A stretch of DNA of 64,000 nt, taken from IMG/VR virus record IMGVR_UViG_3300010352_001543, one strand, 5' to 3'. Positions within the stretch are counted from its first letter, which is position 1. Every line of letters starts with the position of its first letter. The notes under the pieces are model-generated. The model saw nothing but the letters and a program-made list of their open reading frames with translations. It was not told the origin of the DNA and did no database searches. Origin of the DNA: a virus. Its lineage: Duplodnaviria; Caudoviricetes. Shown piece after piece: positions 34,593 through 46,063 of the stretch. A program made the position numbers and the translations under genes.

Positions 34593-35852
34593 ATGGTCCA
34601 AGTAGAACAACATATTGTTAAAAAATCCAACAGCAGTGATTGGCAAGTGATTGATCACTTAGCATTACTATCTAAGAACTTGTACAACACCTGTCTATGG
34701 ACTATCAAAAATCATTTTGAAGCAACCGGAAAGTGGATGCGCTACAACGAAATGTACCGAAAGTTTTATGATGAAAAGAATCCTTCTTTCATTGCTCTAC
34801 CAGCAGCGACTGCACAACAAATTATGATGGTGATGGATAGGAACATGAAGAGCTACTTCGCCTTACTAAAAATGTATCGAAAGAACAAAAAGTCTTTAAA
34901 CGGATGCCCTAAGTTTCCAAAGTACAAAGATAGCATTAAAGGTAGAAATATAATTATTTTTACTGCTGAAAATCAAGCAAAACTACAAAAGGATGGAACT
35001 ATCACTTTTCCAAAGAAAACTGGGCTAAGACCACTAACAACTAAAATACCAGCTGGAAGCCTAAAACAAGTAAGAATAGTGCCACAATCAAGCTGCTATG
35101 TTATTGAAGTTATTTACGAAAAAGAAGTAGTACAAGCATTTCCAGAAAATGATTCATGGTTGTCTATTGATTTAGGAATCAACAACCTAATGACATGCTT
35201 TGATACTGTTTCATCTAAACCAACAATCATCACAGGCAAGCCACTTAAATCCATCAACCAATTTTACAACAAGAAACATGCTAAATTACAATCAATTCTA
35301 CAAAAACAATACCCTAAACGACATAAGTCAAAGAAATTAAACAAACTAACAATAAAACGAAACAGAAAAATTAAGGACTACCTCCATAAGAGCTCCAGGT
35401 TTGTAGTCAATTATTGCTTAGAAAGTGGTATCTCCAACATTGCTATAGGTTACAACGCTGAGTGGAAACAAAATGTTTCACTCGGCAGCCGTATCAACCA
35501 AAACTTTGTTCAAATTCCTTTTCTAACACTAATAAATCAAATAGAATATAAAGCAGCGCTGCTTGGCATTTCAGTAACAAGGAACGAAGAATCCTACACC
35601 AGTAAGTGCTCAGCAATTGATTTAGAACCAGTTGAAAAACATGACGTTTATGCCGGAGAGCGTAAAAAACGTGGTATGTTTATTAGCGCTAAAGGTACTA
35701 AAATCAATGCTGACTTAAATGGAGCCATCAATATTCTTCGAAAGGTAGCTGGAGATAAGGAACCTGTAATGACTGTTGTAAAACAGTGGGTGCAAACTCA
35801 ATCCAGTAGAGGCCAAGTCGTTTGGCCGTTTCATGTTAACATGAATAAATAG
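34593..35852 (+). CDS. tnpB: RNA-guided endonuclease TnpB (rearranged RuvC-II type), intact
   Basis: SKNLYN, SIDLG, IGYN..WKQ, EESYTSKC, NADLNGAINI; no tnpA nearby. Confidence 0.92.
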   Translation: MVQVEQHIVKKSNSSDWQVIDHLALLSKNLYNTCLWTIKNHFEATGKWMRYNEMYRKFYDEKNPSFIALPAATAQQIMMVMDRNMKSYFALLKMYRKNKKSLNGCPKFPKYKDSIKGRNIIIFTAENQAKLQKDGTITFPKKTGLRPLTTKIPAGSLKQVRIVPQSSCYVIEVIYEKEVVQAFPENDSWLSIDLGINNLMTCFDTVSSKPTIITGKPLKSINQFYNKKHAKLQSILQKQYPKRHKSKKLNKLTIKRNRKIKDYLHKSSRFVVNYCLESGISNIAIGYNAEWKQNVSLGSRINQNFVQIPFLTLINQIEYKAALLGISVTRNEESYTSKCSAIDLEPVEKHDVYAGERKKRGMFISAKGTKINADLNGAINILRKVAGDKEPVMTVVKQWVQTQSSRGQVVWPFHVNMNK

Positions 35853-35906
35853 TTTTTAAAGAGCATTCTTTTTAAGCTAATACGATCAGCGTCTATCAGA
35901 GAATCA
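35790..35906 (+). ncRNA. omegaRNA 3' scaffold plus predicted guide (from about 35887) of tnpB copy 1
   Basis: GGCCAA-GTCGT-TTGGCC hairpin whose loop can pair with terminal ACGAT; hairpins covary with copy 2. Confidence 0.65.
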
Positions 35907-36034
35907 AAATATTCACAATAGTAATCAGGAAAAACTTCATATTTTTGGAAGTAGTCGCATTCTTCAGAACATTTGGTATGGTCCGAATCATCAATCGCTA
36001 TTTCAAAATATTCTATAGCTACTAATACTTTCAT
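35831..36034 (-). pseudogene. Cys-rich paralog with C-terminus replaced by tnpB cassette end
   Basis: lacks the terminal RCxxC of its paralogs; junction at ..DADR|ISLK. Confidence 0.5.
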
Positions 36035-36222
36035 TTTAAAATTCCGCCAATATGGTTAACACGCTGTCTATTTCTTCCAATGACAACAATCGATGTTTTG
36101 ATTGTATCGCTTCCAGAAAATAGATGTCAAAATAATAGTGTTGAGTGTATGGATCAACTGGAACTGTTTTAAGCACATTTGCTATTTGCCGTAACGCCTC
36201 ATGTATTTCTAATTCGCTCATT

Positions 36223-36591
36223 TTAATTTCCTATATACAAAATTACAAAATAGTTCCAAATAAGATGGAGAGTATTGTCTTGAATTATATACAACCAAGT
36301 TGACATCCAAGGTGGAGTTTCTACCGGGAATCCCAAATTAGAACCATCTCTTTCAAGATTTTTTATGCTAATGAAAGCACTAACCACGTACCATCGATCA
36401 ATTAAAAAATGTCCTATCGCGATAGCCAAGCATGCTTTCCAATTCGTTATTAGAAGGAATGGAATTGCATAAGTAATACAATGAAAAATACAGTACATTA
36501 AACCAGTCAATGATTTTTCTTTCTTTCTGGTTCCTACCGCATTGTTCTGAAGAATATAGTCTCCAAAAAGATGTAGTAATAGTTGTTCCAT
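36223..36591 (-). CDS. DUF3307-like membrane protein
   Basis: HLFGDYILQ...H...HFLID...DNTLH. Confidence 0.75.
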   Translation of the reverse strand: MEQLLLHLFGDYILQNNAVGTRKKEKSLTGLMYCIFHCITYAIPFLLITNWKACLAIAIGHFLIDRWYVVSAFISIKNLERDGSNLGFPVETPPWMSTWLYIIQDNTLHLIWNYFVILYIGN

Positions 36592-36593
36592 TC

Positions 36594-37034
36594 TTATTTT
36601 CCTACAAATTTAGAATTAGATAATTTAGGAATAGCTCCATTTAAATAATCAGCAACATCGTAAAGATTTTTAAAATACTTCCCACCATTCCGCTCCACCA
36701 TCTTACCCACTTCATTAAGTGATTTCATTTGAGCATCATCAAATTTTGGTCTGAAATTTCTCGGTTCTTTATAAAGAAAACAAAATATTGTTTTTTCTGG
36801 CCGTTTATTTGAGTCATCGATGACTTCAGCGATTGAATAAACACCTTTCATTAAAGGTGTGATACAATAAAGAACATAGTCACAAATCTTTCTTTGTAAA
36901 CGTTCCTCTTCCATACATTCTTCTGTCCAATCCTCTACAACCGGATTGAAATAATCAATTTTTAACAATGGAATTAATTCATCTCTCCAAGTGCTATCAT
37001 TCCAAGTTCCTCCAAGGAAAACTTTCTTTTTCAT
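36594..37034 (-). CDS. nucleoside 2-deoxyribosyltransferase-like protein
   Basis: VFLGGT...WR...YFNP...YSIAE. Confidence 0.7.
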   Translation of the reverse strand: MKKKVFLGGTWNDSTWRDELIPLLKIDYFNPVVEDWTEECMEEERLQRKICDYVLYCITPLMKGVYSIAEVIDDSNKRPEKTIFCFLYKEPRNFRPKFDDAQMKSLNEVGKMVERNGGKYFKNLYDVADYLNGAIPKLSNSKFVGK

Positions 37035-39627
37035 TTTTTGTTCCTAAAATTTAAATGTAAATTTAAATACAACTAAATGGTCATTAATTGATTTTGATTG
37101 TGATATTGATCCACGACCATTGCAATGGAAATTTTTGTCTCTGGCCATCTTTTTATTTTTTTGACAAATATGATAGTTTAAAATATCATTTTTATCTTTT
37201 CCAGGAATAAAAAATATATCACTGTTTTTAAGGTGTTTATAATAAACAGGTGTAATTTGCACAATATTTTTTACCTCAGATAAGCTGGAAAAATAAAGTT
37301 TTTTATCTATTATTCTATTAATCATAAATGAATCATTTCCATAAAAAACAAATCCATTTGGTTGATTTATATTTGAAGCAATACATAATTGTGTTTCTGT
37401 AAGGACATCATTTTCCGTTTCAAACATTTTTATACACGGATAATTAATAATATCAAAATCCGGATCATACACTTTGTTAAAGACTATAGGATAGTACCGA
37501 CGTTCTTTTTCGTTTGGATTAACCTTGTATCTTATTTTATAAGTATCTGTTGCAATCATTACTTCATCTTCTCCTGTTTTGGTACCGAATTCCTTTTCGT
37601 TAAGAAAAGGATTGGTTACATAAGCTTGTCCTATTTCTAAATTTTTAAATGCTACTTTATTGAAATTTACTTGAATATTGGAAAATAAACTCATGAACAC
37701 CTGTTGATCAGTTACACTAGTATATCTATAACATTGTTTGGACATCATTCGGTTAGGATCAGTTGACCCGGTTGGTATCTGCTCAGTGTTATTATGAATA
37801 ACTTCTTTTAAATCACTCTTGTATTTTTCGTATATTCTATTCATTACATTCTCTTTTGCTTGCCAGTACGGAACAGCAGTTCTTTCAACATCGGTTAATT
37901 GTTTTGCCCAATCAGCCGCTTCCGTTAAAGCTTCTTTTTAATTTACTCATTTTAGATTACCTGAATTTAAATCTTCTAAATGTCTTTCTAACTGTTCAAA
38001 TATCATGTCAACTGTATTCATATCAAATTTGGTATCCAAACTAGATATTGTATGATAAGGAAATTCAGTTTGAACTTCAAACTTATCATCCTTTAATTTA
38101 ATAGTCATTATTCTTTTATCATCACTCATTTTTTTAATTCCTTTAAATAATTGTACATCTTCTTGCTTCAGCAATACGTTTTTCTCTTTCTGTATTACGT
38201 TGTTTACATATTTCCTGTTGCTCTTGATTATGCTGTTCGATTAGTTCCGGGTTTGCTTTTATTTTCTTTGCATATTCTAATGCTTCATCGTAGTCGGAAA
38301 ATAACGTTGGCATATCAACTTTACTTGCATAAAGTCTCCCATGATTTAGAACCTTGTAAATATCCCGCCATGATTCATGGATAAGCATTCTACCAAGAAA
38401 TGTCTTATGTTTTGGTCTATACCTTACAACATAGTAATCCGGGTCATCTTCTATATATGATTTTACTAATACTTCTATTTCTTTATTTTTCATTTAACTT
38501 TTTCAACCTCTCATAAACTTCTTTCAAGCGCTCTATTTGTTTACCTAATTTATCATCATAAGGAATAACAGAACTATTTGTTAATCCCCAAATAGCATTG
38601 TGTATATAATCCATGTAGTCATCTTTATCTAAATGTAGTTGAAGATATTTAATAGCATCATATACATGTTCAGCTGGATCACAATATTCACATTTATTAA
38701 TTTCTTCAATTATATCCATTATAGATAATTTTTCGATTACTATTTTAACTTCAGTGGTTTCAAAAGCGTCATTTATAGCTTTTGATATTTCTTTCTTAAT
38801 GCCGCTTATTTTATCAAGATTTGTTATAGATTCATTTGTTACCTTAGCAACAACCTTTATTTCTTTATTTTTCATTTAAATTCCGTGTTTCATACAAAAA
38901 TTGTTCAACCATTTTAAAAATTTGAATGGTTTGGAATTCTTCCGCCATTCATATGTAAAATTCTCAAAACGTTCCTTAGCGGGCAATCTCTTGGATTTTT
39001 TCAAAAACAAGAATATGAAAGTTGTTTGTGGTAACTCTAAACAATGTTTATCCAATAGTCCTCTACTTCACCATCGTCATTATTTGATGAACAAGGGTCA
39101 CCACCATTGGCACTATAATATGGATTTGAAGCTGCTTCAAATTCATATACATATTCATTAATTCGTAAATCTCTTACTTGCTCACCGTCTGGTTCATATA
39201 ACTTAAATTTATCACCTTTTTTTAAAAGACTCATTTCTGTTTTTATCCATATATCATCTTTTAAAACTTCTACTGTTCTTTTATTATTCATTTTTTTATA
39301 CCATTAAATTTTGTCCAATATTCATTATCATCTTCTATATATGAAGCATATTATATAATCCTAAAATATCAAGTTTGTTAATTTGTGCTTGTGTTGGTTC
39401 TTTCTTGATAGAAACAGGCGGTCCACCAAGACTTCCAATTTTAATCCATCCTAATTTTTCCATTACAAAATCTTCTGGATATTCTAACTCAGGAAAGTTT
39501 TCTTTAGCTATAGCATAATGTATTGATACTATTTCATCTGTTTGATTATTTTTAATCTTCACAACTTTGCCGTAAGTGTCGATATAATACTGTTTATCTA
39601 TTCTTTCGTCTTCTGTTTCCATTATTT

Positions 39628-40065
39628 CTAAAAATCCTTATGGTCCCAATATTCAGAATCTCCTGGATCATCTATACCAATTATTCCATCATAAACTGGT
39701 TCATCATATTCATCTACCGCTGTATACGTACCATCAGATTTAATAAACATTTTATAACCTTCAGAAGTGTATTTTCCTTTGAAAGTTCCGTAGTAACTTT
39801 CTTCTTTGATATTTTGTCTTGCTTCTCTAATAACATCTTGACTTGCCACATAAGATAAACTTGCCGGTGATATTCGAGTAGTGTTACATTTCTTTTCCGG
39901 AGTTACCAAATTCCAGTATTTGTCTTTACATTTAGTGCCGGATCTCGATTTACAAAAGGCTTGTTGATAATTTGTCTTTATGAATTTTGTTCCACAAGAC
40001 GGGCAAATACATACCTCACCAACTTTCGCTTCTTTTGCTATTTTATATTTTTCTTTAATTTTCAA
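39628..40065 (-). CDS. zinc-finger protein
   Basis: CPSC...FC.....C. Confidence 0.45.
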   Translation of the reverse strand: MKIKEKYKIAKEAKVGEVCICPSCGTKFIKTNYQQAFCKSRSGTKCKDKYWNLVTPEKKCNTTRISPASLSYVASQDVIREARQNIKEESYYGTFKGKYTSEGYKMFIKSDGTYTAVDEYDEPVYDGIIGIDDPGDSEYWDHKDF

Positions 40066-40631
40066 AACCGTATGACCTAAAAAATACTGATGCTTTTTCT
40101 CCTATTAGATTCTCTCCATCTTTTGGATAAATATTATATAAGTGCTTACCAATAAGAGTTACTTCTTTCGGAACTACAATAAAAGCATCGAAATTTAAAG
40201 AATAAATAAAATAATTAGTCGGTTTGTTATTGCATGTGAAAATTTCTTTTTTATCATTAAATATGATAAATTCTCTATGAAGAGATACCATTCCAAATTT
40301 AGCTGGATCATATGAAGCATCAGAATCGAAGAAAATTTCATCATCTTCCGACATTAAAACTCTTACTTTTATCGAGTATTGATTTTTTAGAAGTTCATTC
40401 AATTCAAATTCTCTTTTAACTGACATATTATTGTTTTTGGTCCATAGCTCACCTGAATAAACTTGTTTTTCCTCAATGTAAATGGTTAGTTCATGTTTGT
40501 GTCTATAATCATTTATCTTTACCGATGGAATGACAAGATATACTTTGTCATTTTTTCTGGTGTAATATGGTACTGTATGCTTTTTCATTTTCAATTTTCC
40601 TAAAATTATTAGTTGTTAATTAAATATAATA

Positions 40632-40660
40632 TATTGACGTAGCTAATGGAATTTTATTGT
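40632..40660 (-). promoter_or_regulatory. promoter ACAAT-N16-CGTC
   Basis: motif copy. Confidence 0.7.
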
Positions 40661-42006
40661 CTATTTAAAATATTTTTTGCATTTATCACAACGCAAAACA
40701 TCCATGTACATATCTTCGGAATCATAATACTTTTTTAATTCAATATTTTCAAAAAATATACAATTGAATTTATAACCATCTTCGCTTCGTTGTTTACCTT
40801 CACATGCTGGATGGCAAACACTGCTGTTTTCGATAATAATTTTAAACTTTTTCATACTTTTTACTCCGAGTACTCTTCAAAAGTTAAATTCATGCTACTA
40901 CATAATTCACGAGCAGAAAGCTCTGTGTCACAATAGGCCATTGGATCGGTGTAGTATCCACTACTGTCCATTATCAACCAGTCATATCCAATATAATATT
41001 CATTATCAATAAATCTATCTTTCTTATAATCGATTATAAATCTTTGTCCCATTTTTGATTCCTTCTATCATTCAACCAATTAATTAAAAATTCAAATTCT
41101 TTAAAGCATATAAATTCTACCTTAATCCAATTCCAAATAAGTTTTAGTCGTTCGCATGTATCATCTTCGCCATACATTTTTAGACGTTCAATACATTCTT
41201 TCATTCTAAAGGCATCTATACCGGCCATTTTTATTCCTCTCCAAAAAACAATTTTTTCTGTTTGGTTATTGTTTCAATGGCCAATGTTAGTACTTCATCG
41301 AAATCTCTTTCGAACTCACAAAGGACTAACATATCCTTTGCATAGTTAGTCCAAATATTTTCAATTTTCCACATCATCCGGTCGTCATGTGAGTAATACT
41401 CCGGAAATACAAATTTGTCGCCGGATATTGTTAGGAGTTGGTCTATTTTTTTCATTTAGTTCACACATTTTTATATTTCCTAAAAATTAATAACTGTTTC
41501 TGAATGCCGATACAATTATATTTGCATGTTCAGCATCTTTAATTTTTGTAAAAGGATTTTCTTGTTTTAATTGTTTAATAATTTTGTTTCGTTGCATGGA
41601 TGGATGAATAGAATCTTCATTCATTAAAACAGCAATACTTTGTTTATGACAATTTAATTTATTGCATGCTATTTCTAAACAATTTGAAAGTGGAGTTTGT
41701 GATAAGACAGAAAGTCTTTTAGCCCATTCGGTTGCTAATTCTTCATCTGATTTTTTAGTAGGTAAGGTTTCTGTACTGCATTGTTTTATTAGTTCATAGA
41801 ATTTTTCTAATTCTGTTTCCTGTGTGATGATTACTGCCATCGGTAATCGTTCGTAACCGTATCCATTGAATTTACCACTTGGTTTAATTAATGGTAATCC
41901 ATTTTTCTTACATGCATTGATTAACTTTGAATTCTTATTCAAACTAATTACTTGCTTTTCCATCTTTTCAAATCCTTAAAAAATTATCAAAATAAAACTT
42001 ATAAAA

Positions 42007-42036
42007 TATAGACGTTATATTTGAAATTTTATTGTA
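42007..42036 (-). promoter_or_regulatory. promoter TACAAT-N16-CGTC
   Basis: motif copy. Confidence 0.75.
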
Positions 42037-42118
42037 AAAAAAAATAAAAAAATTTCTTAAAAATAAATTTAAGAAATTTCAAAAAGAAGGAATGAAAATT
42101 TTTGTTAAATGGTGTTTA

Positions 42119-42595
42119 CTAATTCTTCAAATTCTTTATTTGTTTAATGAATTCATTTTCGATTGCTCTTATTCTTGGCTTAATATCCGATTTTGATTTG
42201 ACTGGTAATAGTTCATATCGATTTGTATCGTTTTTGAACCAGGCTACATCTAATTTAGTAGGATTACCTTCTTGTAAATCGTCATCGAACCAGTCATCCG
42301 GATAAATATAGATTGTATGAACAGTGTCTATATATTCTGCTATTTCTTGATTAAAACGATATAATGTATTTTTATCAAACCGGGTATACGGTACTAACTC
42401 CCATCCATCATTGTATTGATTGATATTGGATTCATAATTTTTCAAAAGTTCTTTATCAACTAATTTTTTGTAAATAGGATCCAACCGTTTTTGTAATTTA
42501 AACATTGTTGTCCTGATGGCATCCGATGACATTACTGTTTCATTTTCTTCATTAAGAAAATTGCTATATGTTTTTATATGTTTTAGTGGTTGCAT
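42119..42595 (-). CDS. CTS-leader hypothetical protein
   Basis: MQPLKHIKTYSNFLNEE. Confidence 0.55.
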   Translation of the reverse strand: MQPLKHIKTYSNFLNEENETVMSSDAIRTTMFKLQKRLDPIYKKLVDKELLKNYESNINQYNDGWELVPYTRFDKNTLYRFNQEIAEYIDTVHTIYIYPDDWFDDDLQEGNPTKLDVAWFKNDTNRYELLPVKSKSDIKPRIRAIENEFIKQIKNLKN

Positions 42596-42624
42596 ACTTT
42601 TTTGTTAATATTTAAATTATATAT

Positions 42625-42654
42625 TAAAGACGTTACAATTGAAATTTTATTGTA
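42625..42654 (-). promoter_or_regulatory. promoter TACAAT-N16-CGTC, back-to-back with tnpB cassette 2
   Basis: motif copy. Confidence 0.7.
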
Positions 42655-42723
42655 AATCGGTTCTGTAAATTTTTGTTTTAATATATACTGTATAAGAAAA
42701 ATATAAATTAGTTATACACTATA

Positions 42724-43972
42724 ATGGTCCAAGTAGAACAACATATAGTTAAAAAATCCAACATCAGAAAGAGTGACTGGCAAGTGATTGATCACTTAGC
42801 ATTCTTGTCTAAAAACTTGTACAATACTTGTCTATGGACCATCAAAAATCATTTTGAAGCAACCGGAAAGTGGATGCGATACAACGAAATGTATAGAAAG
42901 TTCTATGACGAGCAGAATCCTGCTTTCTTTGCTCTACCGGCAGCGACTGCTCAGCAAATTATGATGTTGATGGACAAAAACATGAAGTCTTACTTCGCCC
43001 TGCTAAAAATGTATCGAAAGAACAAAAAGTTATTGAATGGCTGCCCACAGTTTCCTAAGTACAAAGACAGTGTCAATGGAAGAAATGTTGTCATTTTTAC
43101 TTCTATTCAAGCAAGGCTACAAAAAGATGAGACAATTAATTTTCCAAAGAAAACTGACCTAAGACCACTAAAGACTAAAATTCCAGCTGGAAGCCTGAAA
43201 CAAGTAAGGATCATTCCTCAATCGTCCTGCTATATCATTGAAGTTGTCTATGAAAAAGAAGTAGTGCAAGCATTTCCTCCTAATGATTCCTGGTTGTCTA
43301 TCGACCTTGGAGTCAATAACTTAATGACCTGTTTTGATACTGTTTCCAACAAACCAACAATAGTAAACGGTAAACCACTCAAATCCATCAACCAATTCTA
43401 CAACAAGAAACATGCTAAACTACAATCACAACTACAAAAACAGTATCCAAAACGACATAAGTCAAAAAAACTAAATAAATTAACAACAAAAAGAAATCGT
43501 AAAATTAAAGACTACCTCCACAAGAGTTCCAGGTTTGTAGTCAATTATTGCTTGGAAGCAGGCATCTCCAACATTGTAGTAGGTTACAACGCTGAGTGGA
43601 AACAAAACGTTCAGCTCGGCAGTCGCACCAATCAAAACTTTGTTCAAATACCTTTTCTAACACTAATAAATCAAATAGAATACAAAGCAGCACTGCTTGG
43701 CATAACTGTTGTAAGGAACGAAGAATCCTACACCAGTAAGTGCTCAGCGATGGACCTTGAACCAGTTAAAAAACATGACATATTGCGGTAAGCGCATAAA
43801 GCGCGGCATGTTTATAACTGCTAACGGAACTAAGATCAATGCTGATTTAAATGGAGCAATAAATATTCTTCGAAAGGTAGCCGGAGATAAGGAACAAATT
43901 ATTAAATTTGTTCAAACTCAATCTAGTAGAGGTCAAGTCGTTTGGCCGTTTCATGTATGCATGAATAAATAG
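42724..43972 (+). pseudogene. tnpB: TnpB copy 2 with a 2-nt deletion frameshift near 43780, before RuvC-III
   Basis: highly similar to copy 1; CATGACGTTTAT vs CATGACATAT; C-terminus continues in ORF 43757..43972. Confidence 0.88.
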
Positions 43973-44011
43973 TTTTTAAAACTAATACGATACTGATTTT
44001 CTCAACGAAGA
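43910..44011 (+). ncRNA. omegaRNA 3' scaffold plus predicted guide (from about 43992) of tnpB copy 2
   Basis: same hairpins and pseudoknot potential; scaffold ends CTAATACGAT as in copy 1. Confidence 0.65.
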
Positions 44012-44143
44012 AAATGAGGTAGTGATGGCTTCCGATACCATCCAAGCAACGATAAATTACAAAAACAATTAGATCCAATCTACAAAAAATTAGTTGATAA
44101 AGGACTTATAAAAAGTTATAAATTCAGAATCGATCAATCGTAT
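43992..44143 (+). pseudogene. inverted, diverged fragment of the 42119..42595 gene
   Basis: TDFLNEENEVVMASDTIQAT/KLQKQLDPIYKKLVDKGLIKSY vs SNFLNEENETVMSSDAIRTTMFKLQKRLDPIYKKLVDKELLKNY. Confidence 0.85.
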
Positions 44144-44675
44144 GTTTTAATCGACTCATAATTTTTACCTATAATTTCCAGCCATCTTTTATGGCTTCTT
44201 GTTTTGTTCGATATCCTGAAATTTTAGAAACATAAGTTAAGTCCAATTCAAAATAAGCATAGAAATAAATATCATCACCATCCGGATAAATTCGACTTAA
44301 TATTATAGGAGCACCTTCTGCCACATTGATAGTATATCCTCCTATATTATCATTAATTTTTCCACCAAAATTAAATTGGTTGAATTCAGTAACATAAGGA
44401 GTTCGAGGACCTCTGTGATTATCAAAACTTTTAGAATCTTTTGCTAAAATCAATACTTTTTCATAGTTAGATTCAAGTGAAATGGAAACATCTTTTTTAG
44501 TATTTCCTCTTGGTATCATGTATAAACCTGGATGGTGATGAGTTGATATAGTGTGTTTGAAAATCTGATAAATATCCCCTTGATAAACAACTAACATCCC
44601 TTCTTTGAAGCTGTCCAAAATATTATGTTCGTTCCGTTCAAACAATTTAATACGCTCACTGAATTTTTTCATAAT

Positions 44676-45416
44676 TTATTTATAGCAAGCGGCTCCTTCA
44701 TCACCATAAATCCAAACTACTGTTTCCGAGTTGTTTTTACATGCTATTAGTTCTATTGAAACCAATTCATCATAATCCAACTCATCCAAATATTCTTCAA
44801 CAGTACCGGTATCATATCTTTTTATGCGATTAAAATTATTTCCGGTTTCTTTTGCTATAACAACCCAAGGTTTATCTCCATAGTCCATTGCTATCATTTC
44901 TGGTTTAACGTCTTTGAAAGGAATAAGTTTACCCCAATCATTAGATTCATTTAAACTACTATAACTGTTTGATTTTTTGCTTTCATTTACACCACCGAAT
45001 AGATTATTAAACCAATCCTCGTAAACATCCAATCCCCATTCAATACAAGGTTTCCCTTTAAAATAACCACTTAAATTATTAGTATTAAAATTAGCGGCTG
45101 GTTTTGTTAAATTTTTACCGGTGAATATTATAAGAGTATCATATTCAGGTTTTTTACTGCCTGTGGGTTTATGCCCTTGTGCCATTATAGTATGACCATT
45201 TGATAAAACTATAGTATATTCATAATCTTCTTCACCTTCAGTTACTTCAGCTTTTATGCTTTCGATTGTTATATCAACCGGTTTCGGTACAGCATGAAAT
45301 TTATATTTTTTCAATCTACTTATAACTGCAGATTCGGTTGTTTTATCGTCTTCCCATTTGACATCAAAAGAAGATTCATTTAAAGCAAATTCATTGAATT
45401 TTTTTGTTCTTTGCAT
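44676..45416 (-). CDS. two-domain CTS-leader protein with internal NES-type linker
   Basis: MQRTKKFNEFALNES; internal VNESKKSNSYSSLNES. Confidence 0.5.
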   Translation of the reverse strand: MQRTKKFNEFALNESSFDVKWEDDKTTESAVISRLKKYKFHAVPKPVDITIESIKAEVTEGEEDYEYTIVLSNGHTIMAQGHKPTGSKKPEYDTLIIFTGKNLTKPAANFNTNNLSGYFKGKPCIEWGLDVYEDWFNNLFGGVNESKKSNSYSSLNESNDWGKLIPFKDVKPEMIAMDYGDKPWVVIAKETGNNFNRIKRYDTGTVEEYLDELDYDELVSIELIACKNNSETVVWIYGDEGAACYK

Positions 45417-45452
45417 TTTTATATACCTTTTATTCTTATTTAAATTATATTA

Positions 45453-45481
45453 TATTGACGTAACTAATCAAAATTTATTGT
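45453..45481 (-). promoter_or_regulatory. promoter ACAAT-N16-CGTC
   Basis: motif copy. Confidence 0.7.
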
Positions 45482-46055
45482 CCTTCATCATCTTTACTTT
45501 CTGTAGTTTAGCAACCAACTGATCAGAGGAACCGGTAATGATAACTTTCCTATGCATCTGTCCACCAATCATTCGTTGGTAGTGAAATCCATCTGGATCT
45601 TTTACAATTTCTTTTTCTATTAGCTCTTCGACCATCTCATTTGGAATTCTTTCCGCCCCGAATTTCTTACAGAAAATATACTCAAGTTTATCGTTTACTT
45701 CTGCCCAAGCTCTGCAGAATTTAATATCCTCTTTGAAGATTAAATAAAGGCCATGTTTACCGGCCATAGTGCCATTTGTTCCACTACAAATGGCTTTCCT
45801 GCCGTATTTGTCCTTACTTGCCCGAAACGCCGCTGGAACACCATTAGACTTATAAATTTTGATCAATGAACAATCATCTATAAATTCTTTAATATCATAA
45901 TGGCCATGCTTAAATCCACCGATCGGTGCATATGAAATATCGATCATATTGGCCAGCGCATCAGCATATTCAGTGGTCATTTTACCATCTGGGTCTTCTT
46001 GCGGAAACCAATTTATAAATTTCTCGTTTAATACATCTGATAGTATTTTTATCAT
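45468..46055 (-). CDS. phage hypothetical protein, CTS-like leader
   Basis: MIKILSDVLNE; SYAPIGG. Confidence 0.45.
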   Translation of the reverse strand: MIKILSDVLNEKFINWFPQEDPDGKMTTEYADALANMIDISYAPIGGFKHGHYDIKEFIDDCSLIKIYKSNGVPAAFRASKDKYGRKAICSGTNGTMAGKHGLYLIFKEDIKFCRAWAEVNDKLEYIFCKKFGAERIPNEMVEELIEKEIVKDPDGFHYQRMIGGQMHRKVIITGSSDQLVAKLQKVKMMKDNKF

Positions 46056-46063
46056 CTTTGTTT

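Noticed and set aside
35887-35900. TnpB1 guide containing CGTCTAT (promoter -10 element)
   Set aside because: Only a 7-nt match, explained by the flanking gene's coding sequence.
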